The notes under the pieces: model-generated | The model's input: the letters and a program-made list of their open reading frames with translations, nothing else | Told to the model about the DNA's origin: nothing | Database searches by the model: none | Translations under genes and position numbers: made by a program | In this document: positions 17,229-33,091 of the stretch, in pieces | How positions within the stretch are numbered: the first letter of the stretch is position 1 | Layout: each line of letters begins with the position of its first letter | From: Eledone cirrhosa | Lineage: Eukaryota | Direction: 5' to 3' | DNA length: 64,000 nucleotides | Assembly: GCA_964016885.1 (NCBI GenBank) | Contig: OZ024746.1 | Coordinates: 55,552,001-55,616,000 of the forward strand

Positions 17229-17830
17229 CCAACAAATTATTAATAACCCACAATTTGCCCCAAGGCTTTGCGATTTTAGTCTAAATCTAGCCGGCGTCAA
17301 ATTTCTCCTTGATTCTTTCGCAGCCAAATACTGTAATGAATTATTTCTGCTTCCCAGGTTTTTAAATGCTCAAGATATGCCCTGAGTCCAGAGAGCACCC
17401 CTACGAAAACAAAAAGTAGTAAAGTGCTATTACTGTACGTTTATTTTAATACACAAATTATATTGTTGTAAATATTGATAATGGACTCAGTTGTCGAAAA
17501 CGATGAATTGTGGCCTCTGTGTAACCCACGGTGAAAGTCTATATCTGCGACAGTTAATATTTCCTTTGTGTTGCATCGAAGAGAAATATTCTATACTGTA
17601 TCTCTGAAGACGATGTTGAACTAGTTAAGGGCGGTAATTGATCATATAATATGATTAATTCCTCCACATGTGTGTGGTGCATTTATGGTAGAGTTTTCTC
17701 TATTTTGCATGATTGCTGACTTGTCTATCTTCGTGCTATTGGATGGATCTGATACGAATTTATCTATAAAAATGTATCTGTAACACGATATATTCAATAA
17801 CCAGTTAACTAATAATCAAATAGTAAATAA

Positions 17831-18650
17831 CACTGGTCAAAAAAATTTTGCTTTTCTTCTGCTGACCTAAGTTTGAGACAAATTCTTGAGTAAATTGGGG
17901 TCCCTGAGTTTAAAAGTGACAATAATGTTTTTCTATCACGTCAACTTTTTATCTATGAGCTGGTCCATATTGGCTCCACCCATAGCTACTAGAGATACCA
18001 TAAGTAATAACACTGGTCAACACATCTTTTGCTGACTTAAGCTTAAGCTAATTTTGAGGTGTTGATTTCAAATAGTGCATCCTTGTTTTCCTAACACCTA
18101 GGTTTTATTCCTATATTATTCTGCACTGTATGAATAACATAATTGACTTAGGATAGATTACTAAGTCTTATAGCTTGAAACTTTAAGTTATAATGGTAGT
18201 AAAATCTGATATGATCGGGGAAGTATAAGATAACATCACTTTTTATTAAATGCATCTTGTCAATTCTCAATTAAAATGGAAAAGGCACAAACCACCTTAC
18301 TCTAACCAACATATTCATGGAACAAATGTTCGCTTACGCGAGCGCCTGGAATGTTTCATGTCTACACAGTACATTTGAATACTCCAACAGTTGTCTGCTA
18401 TTATGTGTGTGTTCCATCTAATTTAATATCTCTCCTCTATAACCTTGATATCTTGATGGAAGCGTTCGCCAGGCTCATCGCTCACTTCTTCAATATTAGC
18501 AGGAAATTCATAGAGATGGCTCTTTAGGAAATGAATCTTTATTCTCCTGTAGCAGCCTCAAATATATCAAGCATATTGATTTTCGGAAGTTATATTTTTA
18601 CGGAAATTATACAATTTTTCTCAAATTGCAGTCGTTAGAGCGTCGAACCG
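17831..18650 (-). mobile_element. Chapaev3-like (CMC) DNA transposon relic with two adjacent termini
   Basis: Minus-strand KIHFLKSHLYEFPANIEEVSDEPGERFHQDIKVIEERY..ADNCWS at ~18380-18545; CACTGGTCAA termini at 17831 and 18011; family assignment from recall. Confidence 0.7.
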
Positions 18651-19029
18651 ACAGCGTTGTGATATTCGCTGCGATGTTCTGAGTGAAAATCCTCATGATC
18701 ATTTACATTATATTTTATGTCTTATTTTCCATCTAGTTGAAGATTTTACATTTGTTTATGGTTGTTGGCCACATGACTGGCGATTAACCAATCACCATCA
18801 GAAAAAAAAATGTCTTATGAAAGTGAACAATAAAATATGTGAAGCTATATAAATCAACAAAGAATCTGGTGGCAAAATCAGGACATAAATGCTTGATTCT
18901 TTCTGAAATCGAAACATTTCGTGTCAGTAAATACCTCTCCCACAAACAGGCAGAAAGTCATACATTTACATACGTGCACATACACATAAACACCCCACAC
19001 CCACACGCACGCACGCGCGCACACACACA

Positions 19030-19151
<122 letters not shown>

Positions 19152-19249
19152 CATACATATATACACATTCATGTATGTGTATATAATTACATATATGTAT
19201 GTGATATATAGATATATAGATATATATATGTAAGTAACATGTTCTCCCA

Positions 19250-19300
<51 letters not shown>

Positions 19301-20578
19301 TGTGTGTGTGTGTGTGTGCGTGTGTGTGTGTGAGGGAGTGTGAGAGAGAGAAATATATAATGTAACTATAACCTTCTCTACATACATGTTAGACCACATA
19401 TCAACGTACATATTCACATACGTATTCACATACAGACACAACATTTATATATCCCTCATAGATTAGATGTCACCCTCTTACTCTGTCTTCCCTTCTACTA
19501 TCTTGCTCATGACATCATTGTGAGTTTCAACACGTTCAGCCATTTAATTGGAACTCACTGGACATTCCCCCCGACGTTCTTTTTGTTGTTATTGACGATC
19601 ATGTTTTGTTTATTTTTCTTTACTTAGTTTGGCTGTATTACTTCGTGTCATAGTTGTTATAGTTGTAATTTTTTCTTTTTCCACTCTGGTGTTCCTGTTG
19701 TTTAGGTTGTTGTTGCTGTTGTTGTTGATCTTGTTGCTGTTATTTATTATTTAGTTTATTTGATTATATATATATTTTTTTCATTTTAGTTTTCCTCTTT
19801 TTAATGTTGTTGTTGTTTGTGTTATTGTTTGTTTTATTTGTTTGATTTACCTTTTGCTTTTTCTTGTTGCTTCTGCCGTTATTGTTGGTTTTGTTGTCAT
19901 TTTTTAAAATTTCCATTTTAATGTTCTTATTGCTAAATTGTTGTTGCTATTGTTGCTGTCGTTACTGTTGCTGTTTTTGTTGGCATTTTGTTGCTGTTGT
20001 TCTTGTTGTTGCTTTTATTTTTCTTATGTAGCTGTTGTCATTGCTGTTGATGATGGTGATGTTGCTATGGTTGTGCTAGATATTGTCGTTATTTATTGTA
20101 AATTTTAGGGTTGTTGTTGCCAATGACGTTTTTTTTTTTTTACTATTTCAATGTGGTTGTTGATCTCAATCATGTTGTTGTCATTCATCGTGCTAGGTAC
20201 TGGTATTTTTCCTGGTTACATTTGTTGTTGATTGCAATTGTGTCTATGTCAGTATGTATGTGACTTACATGTGTTTTCAACATATATGTAAGAATGTACG
20301 TGTATATGTATGAGGTGATGCTTGTATGTTTTATATTAATATGATATTTGTTTTCTTATATTTAGATTCTGATATTTTTTAAACATAACGGATATATTAG
20401 TTGATGTTGTTATAGTTATTGTTAATGTTTAGATGTTGTGGTTGTTTTTGTTGCTGTATTGGTGTCTGTCACACATCACTTGATTACACCAAATTTGAAT
20501 TTAGATTACACAGCAACACATGTAAAATTGTATATATGCGCGAATAGCTATAAACATACGTGTATACAAAGGTGCAGT

Positions 20579-20990
<412 letters not shown>

Positions 20991-21119
20991 GGGAGAGATA
21001 GAGCGGGGTGAGCTGAAGGTAAGGATAGAAAGCTAGCTTGGTACATAAGTGTGAGTATGTGTATACGTGTATGAATATGTATGTCAATTATTATACTTAG
21101 TAGTCAGACGAATATACAA

Positions 21120-21159
<40 letters not shown>

Positions 21160-22105
21160 TTGCACGTACATGTGTAGTTAGAATGTTAATTTAATTTGGT
21201 ACTCATACTATCACACATTTTCATAGACATATATAAATATATATACACACCAATATGCATACACTTGCTCACTTGCTTTCACACTCTTGTAAATACAGTT
21301 AAATTATGAGCATATATACTATTATATTTTCTATTCAAGTACGTGAATATATGTATGTATATATATATATAGATATATAGATATATATATATGTCTGTGT
21401 GTGTGTGTGTGTGTATTTATATATGTGTGTGTGTGTGTATATTTATATATATATATATGTGTGTGTGTATATGTATGTGCGTGTGCGTGTGTGTGTATGT
21501 GAGTGTAGACATCCCTTTGTATACACGTACGTGTAATTCTTCCAGTGTGTTAACAAATATAAGTTATTCATATATTAATATGATAATTTGAAAATCAAAG
21601 CACAACTAATGTTATCGTTAATGTCTATCGTATACACATATACCCCAAGACAATTGAATATTTCACTTGCAGGTCGTGATATCAATCATAAGTGCTGTGC
21701 AGAATTCCCAAGACTAAACCCAAATTTCGAAATGAAAGCATGCCTCAAGACACTTACCCGGACACTTTAGTAATCTTAATTTCTAAATACCATATACAAT
21801 CATATTTACATATACATGTACGTATGCGTATATAAATATACGAGTGTATATGAGTGCATATTTTTCTCTCTATCAATTGTTCTGGAATGTTTTTAAGCTA
21901 CAGAAAGTTTTCATATGATTTACCAACTTTACATTTTCCATCTAATAATTTGGAAGATATTAATAAAGATTCTTTGATAGATATAATATATGAACAAGAT
22001 GGCCGACTGAATACACACATTTTTCTCTCCCACATTTTTTATCCAATTTTCTCCGTTTCTTACTCTCACTCTTTAATGTTTATGAATTTTTTATTTCTAA
22101 TTCTA

Positions 22106-22163
22106 GCTTCTGATGAAAGACTAGTGTCCGATAGGTTAAGACTATCTTGCCGCTATTTCAAGC
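22106..22163 (+). ncRNA. Degenerate type I hammerhead ribozyme in a probable PLE 3' fragment
   Basis: gctt-CTGATGA-[gac tagt gtc]-CGA-taggttaaga cta tcttgccgctat-TTC-aagc; GAAA damaged. Confidence 0.55.
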
Positions 22164-22231
22164 GTAAAGCCATATTTAAGCCAAATAGTGTGCTGTTGGC
22201 TTTGTTATTTTTACTATTATTATTACATACA

Positions 22232-22294
<63 letters not shown>

Positions 22295-23207
22295 GGAGAG
22301 AGGGAGTGAGGGAGAGAGAGAGATGTCAACATATGGCTCATCAAGTCGTGTCGCATTGTTAGTGGCACCGTATCGACGTAGGGTGTGTGATTGGAATCAA
22401 TACCCACGCCCAAATCAATTTCCAAATGATTATTTCCAGATTATAGGAGTAAGAGGGGGATAGAAATAAATAAATAGATCGTGAAAGAATGTAACTAAGA
22501 AAGATATGAAAAATCATCAACCCTCTGTACTAGCCTGGTATTTATCGACACCTGTACTCATATATTACATAATATATTATATATTATCTAACGAGTTACT
22601 CAATTAGATATTATATCAATTAGAGATTATCATATATATGAATCTACTCTCATAATTCTTTTATCCACCTAGTATTATCTATTATGTAATATCTTTCTAT
22701 CCATACTCATGCATTATCTATTATATAATATATATTCACTTACACTCATATACTCTCTATCACATATTAACAATCCCTCTAAACTCATATATTATATTTT
22801 CTATCGCCCTACACTCATACATTATCTATTATATAACATATAATCCATTTGTATTCATATTTTATCCACCATCTCTCCATCTACCCTCATAATATTTAAA
22901 TTAGCTATTGGTAGATTTCCTCATATATTAAACTTGAGGGTGTTAGACGCGTGAGCATATGGCCGCGAGCTCGATCCACGTAGCTGCGGTGCGTTTTTAA
23001 GCAAAAGTCCTTAATTCCTGTTGGTCAGCCACAACGTTTGGCAAAAAAAAGTTGTGGCTTTAATTTAAAGTGTCAGTTTTGTCACACAATGTGTCACATC
23101 GTATATCACTGAGAATTACGTTAAACAGTACCTATGCCACTTGCACGTTCTTTATACAAACAGACTGCTGTGTTGTTTGAACGAACGGTACATTTATCAG
23201 CCGCAAC

Positions 23208-23500
23208 TGCAAATCCCGCCGAGGTTAACTTTGCCTTTCATCCTTACGGGGTCGATAAAATAAAGTACCAGTAATGCACTGGAACATTGCTGGCTTTGTG
23301 CCAAAAGTATAAACAATTATCTTACAGTCGTTCTAACCTAGGCGAAGACCTGCAATCTAGAAGGAGGGGGAAATGGATTCAATCGGACCCAGAGATTTAT
23401 TAGTACTTTATTTTATGGACCCCGTAAGGTTGAAAGGCAAAGCTAACCTCGGCAAGATTTGAACTCAGAACGTAAAGTGTTGTAACTATATGCTGCTAAT
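23208..23500. mobile_element. Two SINE copies tail-to-tail (+ at ~23208-23320, - at ~23325-23500)
   Basis: gaggttaactttgcctttcatccttacggggtcgataaaataaagtacc and its reverse complement. Confidence 0.85.
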
Positions 23501-23774
23501 CCTGTTGATAACTCTACACCATCATTAACCGTTACATATTGATGCCTTCGAAGCTACATCACTTTCTATTTTCAGTAATAGCGTTCTTCTTAGCTATGTG
23601 TTCCATAATCCCCGACGTTCATAAATTTAACTCTAATTATCTCTCTTCTCTTTTGTCCATATAAAGACTTTATCCACCCAACAAGCCAGCTTCCCTTTCT
23701 TTCAAACTACTTTCATATTCGTTCTCATTCTCTCTCCCTTTCTCTCATTCCTCACCCTCATTTTTCGCTCTATC

Positions 23775-23869
<95 letters not shown>

Positions 23870-23917
23870 AACTAATTGATGAAACGACAAGAGCTTGGCC
23901 GTTGTTGTCACAACTCT

Positions 23918-23955
<38 letters not shown>

Positions 23956-23957
<2 letters not shown>

Positions 23958-24147
23958 AAAAGAGTCAGGACCCCGACGGCCGAGCTCCGACCGTTTCGAC
24001 AGCTATATCCGAACTAGCTGTCGAAACGGCCGGAGCTCACCCGTCGGGGTCCTGACTCTTTTCCGGTTACCCACTCTACTACCATAATTATCGAGTACTC
24101 AGATGCGTTATGGTCCTCCTGGTTCCTTACAACACTTTATTTATTAC
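23956..24147 (+). mobile_element. Fold-back PLE 3'-end insertion (50-bp arms, 9-nt loop, ~83-nt tail)
   Basis: 23956-24005 is the reverse complement of 24015-24064 with ~3 mismatches; right arm carries the GAAAc..GTC half of a hammerhead; (TA)n flanks. Confidence 0.85.
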
Positions 24148-24439
24148 ATATATATATATATATATAAATGTATCCTTCTTTCTGCCTTCTTTCCTTTTCT
24201 GTTCCAACTATCTTTCTATCTTTCTACATACGTCAATGGCCTCTCTTTGTAGAAAGTTACTGCCTTAGAGAAATCCTCAGCATGCCACGTGATTTGAGAA
24301 TCCAGGCGCCTACTTGCTGGATCAGTTACAAATTGTATTTTGGTTTTGAAAATCGATTGGTGGAATCGTCACGTACAGATTTACACTCCATCAAATATTC
24401 CTGGTACACATACACACAAACACTGCACGTTCACACCCC

Positions 24440-25053
<614 letters not shown>

Positions 25054-25229
25054 GCATTGTAGGAAGCGTGAAAGAAGGAATTTAAAATCTGTTAAGCCCT
25101 CAATTTTGTGGGATTTATATGGTGTGATAAAAGGTATTAGCGATGCAATTAGTCTATCGACTTACAAAGCCGCACATCCAATACTTTTTTATAGATGTCA
25201 CAAGTAGTCAGCACATTGGTTAAAGCATT

Positions 25230-25424
25230 TCTCATCTTCATCTTCATCTTCTTCTACCTCCTCCTTCTCCTCCCTGTAATCGTCATCATCATCAACATCT
25301 CCTTCCTCCTCCTTCACCTCACCGTAATCATCGTCATCATCATCATCATTGCCATCATATCATCATCATCATCAATCCCTCCTTCTGTTCCTCCCCGTCT
25401 TCCTACTCCTAATAATCCTTCTTC

Positions 25425-25478
<54 letters not shown>
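25230..25478. repeat. (CAT)n/(TTC)n simple repeats
   Basis: Direct reading. Confidence 0.9.
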
Positions 25479-25481
<3 letters not shown>

Positions 25482-26424
25482 GCCAGCCTGCGCGCCATGT
25501 GCCTGATTTTCTCGATTCATCGAATGAAGCGAAGAGTCTAAGAATACATTGTGTCGGCGGAATTCAGGATTATCTGTGTCTTTTATATTGGTAGAATTAA
25601 GATGAGACTTGAAAGATGGAGAAATGTTTTTTCACTAAAGATAACAGGCGTAAACATCTTGAATTAAATCTAAAATACATAAATAACATACACACAACCA
25701 CACACACATATACACACACCCGACACACAGACTATCGCGTGCGGGTGCCCTTCTTGTAGTTTTTATTTTATTTTATTTGCGATTATTTTTGGTTAAGAAT
25801 TAAGATGAAATGTTGAAGGTGGAATATTTTTCATGAAAAAGGGAATACTGGAATAGCTTAAAATAAATCTTTAAAACTGAATAACACATACCTACACCCC
25901 CACACAACACACACATATACGCACACATTTATACACGCACATAGACAAATATGGACTTAGGGTTGTGAGCAGTTACAGGCACTCTTATACCCACACACTC
26001 TTATTGTCGTGAACAGATACAGGCACACTAACAGCCGCCTTTGCCACATGTGCTACAGCGGATGAAACATAATTAGCTTTCGAGGTGGATAGAGAGTGAT
26101 AGATAGAGAGGAATGGAAAGGCAGTGAATGAGACTAACAGTGAGAGTGGTCTGAACAACCATTGGATTTGTACTGAACTTCAGGAATCCAAAAGTTTAAA
26201 AGGCAAATTTGAGCCCGGTGCAATTTGAACGAAGATTAAAAAAGCTGTAAAAAATAACGCAATATATTCTATGCAACGCTGTTACCATTGTGCTAAATCA
26301 ACCAGCTGGAATTGTATGAATAGTGAAAGGAAAAACAAATACACAAAGAAAGAAAGAAAGAAAGAAAAAAAGAAAGAAAAAAAGAATGATAGAATGAAGG
26401 AAGAAAAGAAAGACTGAACAAATG

Positions 26425-27045
26425 ATTTCTAATTTAGGCCTAATTTGATGGGAGGAGAAAGTCGAATATATCGATTCCAATACATGACTGGTACGTTATT
26501 TTATTGACCCCTGAAAGACGGAAGGCCAAGATGACGTTGGCGGGATTTAAAATCACTATACACCGTAAATAAATAGACGGCTTTTAAAATATTCTTCCAA
26601 TCTCAATTTAATGATAATTATTTCTAAATCCGACACAAGACCAGCAATTTGAGGGAAACAGAAGCTGGTTATATCGACTCCAGTACTTAACTATTACTTT
26701 TCTTTATTAATTCTGAAATGATGAAAAGCAAGGATGAACTAGATGGGATGCAAACTCTAAACGTAAGGTACCGTAAATAAATACTGTAAATCATTTTTGC
26801 CCGATGTAGTAACGATTCTACTAATTCCCTACAAATAATAATTTTTTGCTTGGTTATAACCGAAGAATATATGGGGAGGGAAAATCATATTATATCAACA
26901 CTAGTTCATGACGGATATTATTTTATCGACCGCAGAATGTTGAAAGGCAAGGATGACCTCAGTAATTTCGAAATCTGAACGTAAAGCACCTTAAGTAAAC
27001 ACTGCAATGTATGTTGTCCTGTGCTCTAATGATTCTGCTAATCCA
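26425..27045 (-). mobile_element. Three old, diverged SINE copies in tandem
   Basis: Degenerate ttttatcgac..gaaaggcaaggatgacct..tttgaa..aacgtaa motifs at ~26490, ~26700 and ~26920. Confidence 0.7.
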
Positions 27046-27911
27046 TGTTCCTATGAGAAAGAAATTACAGAAAGCAAAACAGGAACATGAACATAAAGAT
27101 GATTGATTTAGGAACAAAGAAACTAAGTACGAAAGAAATAGATGATACAACGGGAACATTGGTGGTTGTTAAGTAGAAAGGAAAGAAGAGGATGAATGGT
27201 GGTCATAGAGATAGAAAGGTAGAACGAATAGAAGAAAAAATGAGGTAAGAAATGGCGGTTAGATGGAAACATAGAAATATCTATATAGTAAAAGGGTAAC
27301 GAACGTGAGGAAAGAGTGAAGGAATGAGATGGATGCAAATCGGGTGAAATATGGCAGTAAATAAAGAAATTAGGGAGGAAAGTGAGAAATATAATGTGAA
27401 ATAAATACATAAAGAAAGGAAGCATTATTTCCTATTTTACGCTCCCTATATTCGTCATTTTCCGTATAATTACAAAATTGCTTCGATACATTTTCCAATA
27501 TTTCCTTTTGCTGAAATGTATCAACAGCTGAGTTTCTCAGTTGATCTTCCTATATTTATCATACTTTCTAAACGTAGCTGTCACTTAAAAGAATACAGTT
27601 CTACACATTCTTCATTATTTCGCTAAAAAGGTGTTTTGTTTGTGAATCTACCAAAGCTTTTAATGTGCCTTCCTTCTTAAATATATTATACGGCATCTAC
27701 AAAAGTTCTTCATTATAATCCTCTTTCAAGTCCACCCCACATGACGAATGTGTATCCTTATGTATTACATAAACGAGAATATAATCCCTATTAGAGATAT
27801 TTAAAGGAATATATATATATATATTCCCTAAAATGTGAGTGATATATGAAAATTGCATTCTGAATTTTCTGAAACTATACACCACATTGTAAAATAATTA
27901 AGACCCTACAT

Positions 27912-28368
27912 CACAGGTTCTCAAAGTGGTCTCTACCATCCCAGGGGCGTTGAGAAGGTCCAGATGGCGCTGGGGCATAAGGTGTTCGGTGGGGTGGTGT
28001 TTATAGTGATGATATAATAGTATAATAACTATCAAATAATACATATTATATAGAAATATAATAAAATAAAAAAATATATAATACTTGTTTATGTATAGAA
28101 TATATTATATATAAATTAACAATTTAATTATCTCATATTATATATTATATATTATTTACATATTAACTTTGCCTTTCATCCTTACGGGGTCGATAAAATA
28201 AAGTACCAGTAATGTACTGGATAATTGCTGCCCTTGTGCCTAAAGTAGAAACAATTATAGATTATTTACAATTTGCGTGTAGGTAGGTCTCTCGGGAAAT
28301 AGGCGTGAGGTCTCTGAGGTCATTACATGGCAGTGAGGGTGGTGGCACAACAACTTTCAGAACCACTG
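27912..28368. mobile_element. hAT (Charlie-like) MITE containing a SINE fragment (28163-28257, +)
   Basis: TIRs cacaggttctcaaagt / actttcagaaccactg; 8-bp TSD-like ccctacat / ccctatag. Confidence 0.75.
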
Positions 28369-29556
28369 CCCTATAGGGACAGAGACAACGTCACCTTGGC
28401 ATCGTTGTCGCGGCCTTTGTTTAAGGAGACAACAACCTTGTATTATTAGTGGCAGCTGATGACGTCAACTTTTCGGCCTGTTTCAGTCGGCTATTTACAG
28501 CTGTTATGCTATAGTTGATCATTTCTATTTCTAGAAGGATAAAGGATAATGTAGAAGCTCCTTTGTTGGCACATCTTAATATTTGTGGTGTTCAATTTTG
28601 CCGAATTTTTCGCTCATCATAAAAAGTAAAGCACAGAGTGCGGGAAAGGTAGTGAGATTAATTGCTTAAAAATGTAGACACCTATTGCATACATGCGTAT
28701 GTAGAGCTCTCTGGTTATATCATCTGCTTTGTAAACAAGTGATTCTTGGTTCAGTCCAACAGCGTAGCAGCTTAAGTAAGTCTCACATTCTATATCCACC
28801 GGTTGACTAATTCCTTGTGAATTAAAGCTACTACTTGGAAACAATATTCGGTAATGTAGTAGTTCCATGAATAGAATTCCAGAAATATACCAGAATTGAA
28901 ATAATATGCGAGACTAAATTCGCCTCAAGCATTTATTTCATAAACAGTGTTACTGTTTAACGATGGAATGGTCGGTTGTGACGGTGAGCGTTTTGGAGGT
29001 TTGATTAATGGAAGAGCCTGCTCGTGAAATTAATGTACAAGATGCTGAGTTTTACCCTTAATATAATTCTCAGGGTAATTCAGTATGACACTAATGTACG
29101 AGCTTGGGTAGGCCCATCGCGTACAGTTGTAGTTGTTGTAGAAGAAACAGGAAGACAACAACTGGAAAGTTTGATTTTCTATTATATAGATATATATAAC
29201 TCACAGGATATAGCTATGATAAATGACATTTGCTGAAAATTACATGAAGTAGAATCGGACCCGTAACCTTGTGATTGCGAAGGACATTTCTTTACCAATC
29301 AACATGGCTGTGTCCATGCCGACAGTAATAACGCCAGTGACTTGATACCTAAATTTAGAGACACTAATAGGTGTACAACTCTTCTGGTTTGGGTATTAGA
29401 TTAGATTACAACAGATGACTATTTATATATTCAACAAACTTCTAGAAACTCATCTAATCCATCTCATTAACACATTTGCTAATTGACAATCACAGTTTTC
29501 TTCTATAAGTCACCTTTAAATATATGATGCTTTATTCAGTTTCTCTCTCTCTCTCT

Positions 29557-29590
<34 letters not shown>

Positions 29591-29594
<4 letters not shown>

Positions 29595-29824
29595 TTTGAG
29601 TATATATTGGTTGTATACCAACACCTCAGTATGCAGATTGGAGCCCTTGACGAAGTGCGCAGGTTGGTTTGTTTACTCCGGAGTAATGTAAAATAAAATA
29701 AAATAAATAAATCAAATGTTTAAAATTTGTCTTCGTTTATTACTGCTATATATACTGCTATATATAGTAGTAATAAACGAAGCCAAATTTTAAACATTTG
29801 ACTTATTTATTTTATTTTATTTTA
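29591..29824 (-). mobile_element. Fold-back insertion (66-bp arms, ~98-nt tail), probable PLE 3' end
   Basis: 29689-29754 is the reverse complement of 29759-29824; tail end (rc gttggtatacaaccaat..aaaattt) resembles the 13850-13883 tail; (TA)n flanks. Confidence 0.65.
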
Positions 29825-30059
29825 TATATATATATTTATCCTGTTCTTTATCTCACCCCCTCTCTCGCTCTCTCTCCCTATCTCTATCTCTCTCTCTCTC
29901 TCTCCTCAGCTCTTATGGTTTCACTTTCTTTCCCTCTCACTCTCTATGTTATTAAATTACCACTTCATTCTCTCTGTTTTGTATCAATCTTCTTTTGTCA
30001 TTTGTGGTCCCAGCATGGATGAACGGATAACAAGTTCTTTTTGGAAACAAAGTTCCGTG

Positions 30060-30206
30060 TTCGATACCACTGGCATCATTAGCATGTCTCGTTGTCTATA
30101 AGCCTGAGACGATGCATATTCTGAGAGAAACTTCGATACCACTTGCATCATTAGCAAGTCTCGCTGACTATAAGCCTTAGTCGAGACATATATTCTGAGA
30201 GAAACT
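30060..30206 (+). repeat. Tandem duplication, ~73-bp unit x2
   Basis: ttcgataccactKgcatcattagca..tataagcct..atattctgagagaaact twice. Confidence 0.85.
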
Positions 30207-30808
30207 TTGTAAAATGTAACTATTTTGAACCCATTGGATTGAATATATTTTAATTCAAAGAAAAAGTCTCGTTACATAATCAATCATGCTCAATCACAGC
30301 GAGGATTATGCTGGATGCTCACATTTTTCTTCAATGGTCTCCCACGTTAATCGAAATATTGAAACACTCATCGTCGTATCCGATGGAGGTCCAATGACGT
30401 ATTTCGCATCCTGTCATTTTATGTGTGAGAATCAACTCCATAGAAACCGTTTCAAATTTTATTGCAATGCTTTAGTTATCGTTTATTCTGCCTATAATTA
30501 GGAAGAGAACATAGCTATATAGATAGACAAAAACTGCATCTATTTTTGCCCACGTCAGAAGAATTTCAAAGACAACACCACAAGAGTTTCCACTAATCTG
30601 TGAACGTATTTTAATTTCGTGTTTTGCCCAGCTAACTCTATTATTCCACTTCATCTTTCACCAATCCAAAATAATTCCATCTACTCTTTGTACTGCTTCA
30701 ATGCGTGCTTGTGTTTGGGGTTTGCGTGTGTGTAGGCATATGTATGTATACATTTTATGTATATATATTATATGTATATATGTATGTATATATATTATGT
30801 ATGTATTT

Positions 30809-30887
<79 letters not shown>

Positions 30888-31023
30888 GTGTGTATGTGTA
30901 TATGTATGTATATATATATGTATGTATATATATATATATAAGAAAGGGAAATATCTATTGATTCACAATGCATCCTATCTATTTAAAGCAATAATATGAA
31001 ATAATAATAATAATAATAACAAT

Positions 31024-31067
<44 letters not shown>

Positions 31068-31625
31068 CAATAATAAAAGCATACATGAATAAATAAAAAG
31101 AGAGGACAACAAAATAATCATAATGGGAAAAAGTCAAACAAAATTAGATTAATAGAGGATCCTTAATGAATAAAGCGGCAGCCATTATAAATAGATCAGA
31201 GAAAGAGAGAGGAAGCCAGAGGGAGAGCGAGAGAGGGGGGGGAGGAGAAAGTGACCGTGAGTGAAAGAGGGAGAGCGGAAGAGAGAGAAAGATAGGCAGA
31301 GAGGTGAGAGTGAAAATGGAGAAGGATATGGGGATACCGAGTGGAATACGGTGAGTGAAAACGTGGAGGAAGAAAGAGATAGGGAAAGGGTAGAAAGAGA
31401 ACAGGGAGGGAACAAGACAACAGATAGGTAGATGGAAAGAATGATTGAGATATAACAGGATTGGGTGGGAGAGAGGAAGAAAGGAGGGGCTGGGGAGATG
31501 AGAATGCTTTACAAATCAGTCCCCTATTATAATTGTAAGTGGTAAATTAGATTCAAGCCAGAACCATATATATAAATACCCATACATGAACAAAGATATA
31601 TATATATGTGTGTGTATGGATATGC

Positions 31626-31726
<101 letters not shown>

Positions 31727-31735
31727 CATATATGT

Positions 31736-31824
<89 letters not shown>

Positions 31825-32122
31825 TAGATAGATATATATGTTCGATTGCACAGTAGAAAAATCAACAGCTCTGCAATATAATAATGGTGGACGAAAATAG
31901 CGTGGTTGAGGATTTATTATCAACGAAATACGAAAATATCTCCGAAGGCTGATCTAATAAGAAAACTTATATGCTTGAATATAATGACACGTTCTAACGC
32001 CACTCTTTATTATACACGTACATACACATGTAAGTATATGTACACAAACCAAAATACACAACACACACACACACACATATATTTATATATATATATATAT
32101 TTATATATTTATATATATAAAT

Positions 32123-32206
<84 letters not shown>

Positions 32207-32762
32207 TGACTATTAATATGCTTATCAATATACACATAGTTCCTGTTTTTATTATCATTATCGTCGTTTTTGGTTTTGTTGTTTTTCTTACTGTAATTCA
32301 TATCGAAAAATCACATTGTTCCGCAGCAATGTTACTTAACGTAAATTCTATATTTGTTTTGCCGTGTTGCTTGCACGTCTAATACCTCTCTGACTTGATA
32401 AAGGGTGATAAAGGCACTAACCAGCGACGATAACATACAACCTTCTATCCTCATAGGTGTTCATATGGACCAAATAAAAACATTTCATTATTTCCTCTCT
32501 TTAGCCGCTGTGTAGTTTCATTCTCCACTCCGTATATATTTATTTTTGACCCGAAACTTTATTATTGTTGTTTATGACCAAACTCCTGTTCGTACGCCAA
32601 TTTTATCTTTATATATTGAAGCACGAGAGCGCATATGCACTATCTGTAATATACGATTGTGAGTTTCCCTTTATATGAACGTTACAATACAATACAATGG
32701 GAGGAAACATAATAGTACCACTGATGATGTTGCAGATGTGCGACTAAAGAACTTTGATAGAC

Positions 32763-32864
<102 letters not shown>

Positions 32865-33058
32865 TGGAAAGAGAGATATATTTTAATTTTAATTATATCT
32901 CATATAAAATAATACAACTGGCTTTCTACGAAATACATATAGTTGGCACCCCAGACACTAAATTGGGTTTATACTAACGTATAACCTAATGTTTGTTGAG
33001 TAAGATGGTTACCTGTCGGAGTTTAGCGTAAAGCTTTCTCTGTTATTGTATTAATTAT

Positions 33059-33091
<33 letters not shown>

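Noticed and set aside
28530-28630. Acceptor-like ttctag followed by a signal-peptide-like stretch
   Set aside because: In-frame stops and no supporting neighbouring exons.
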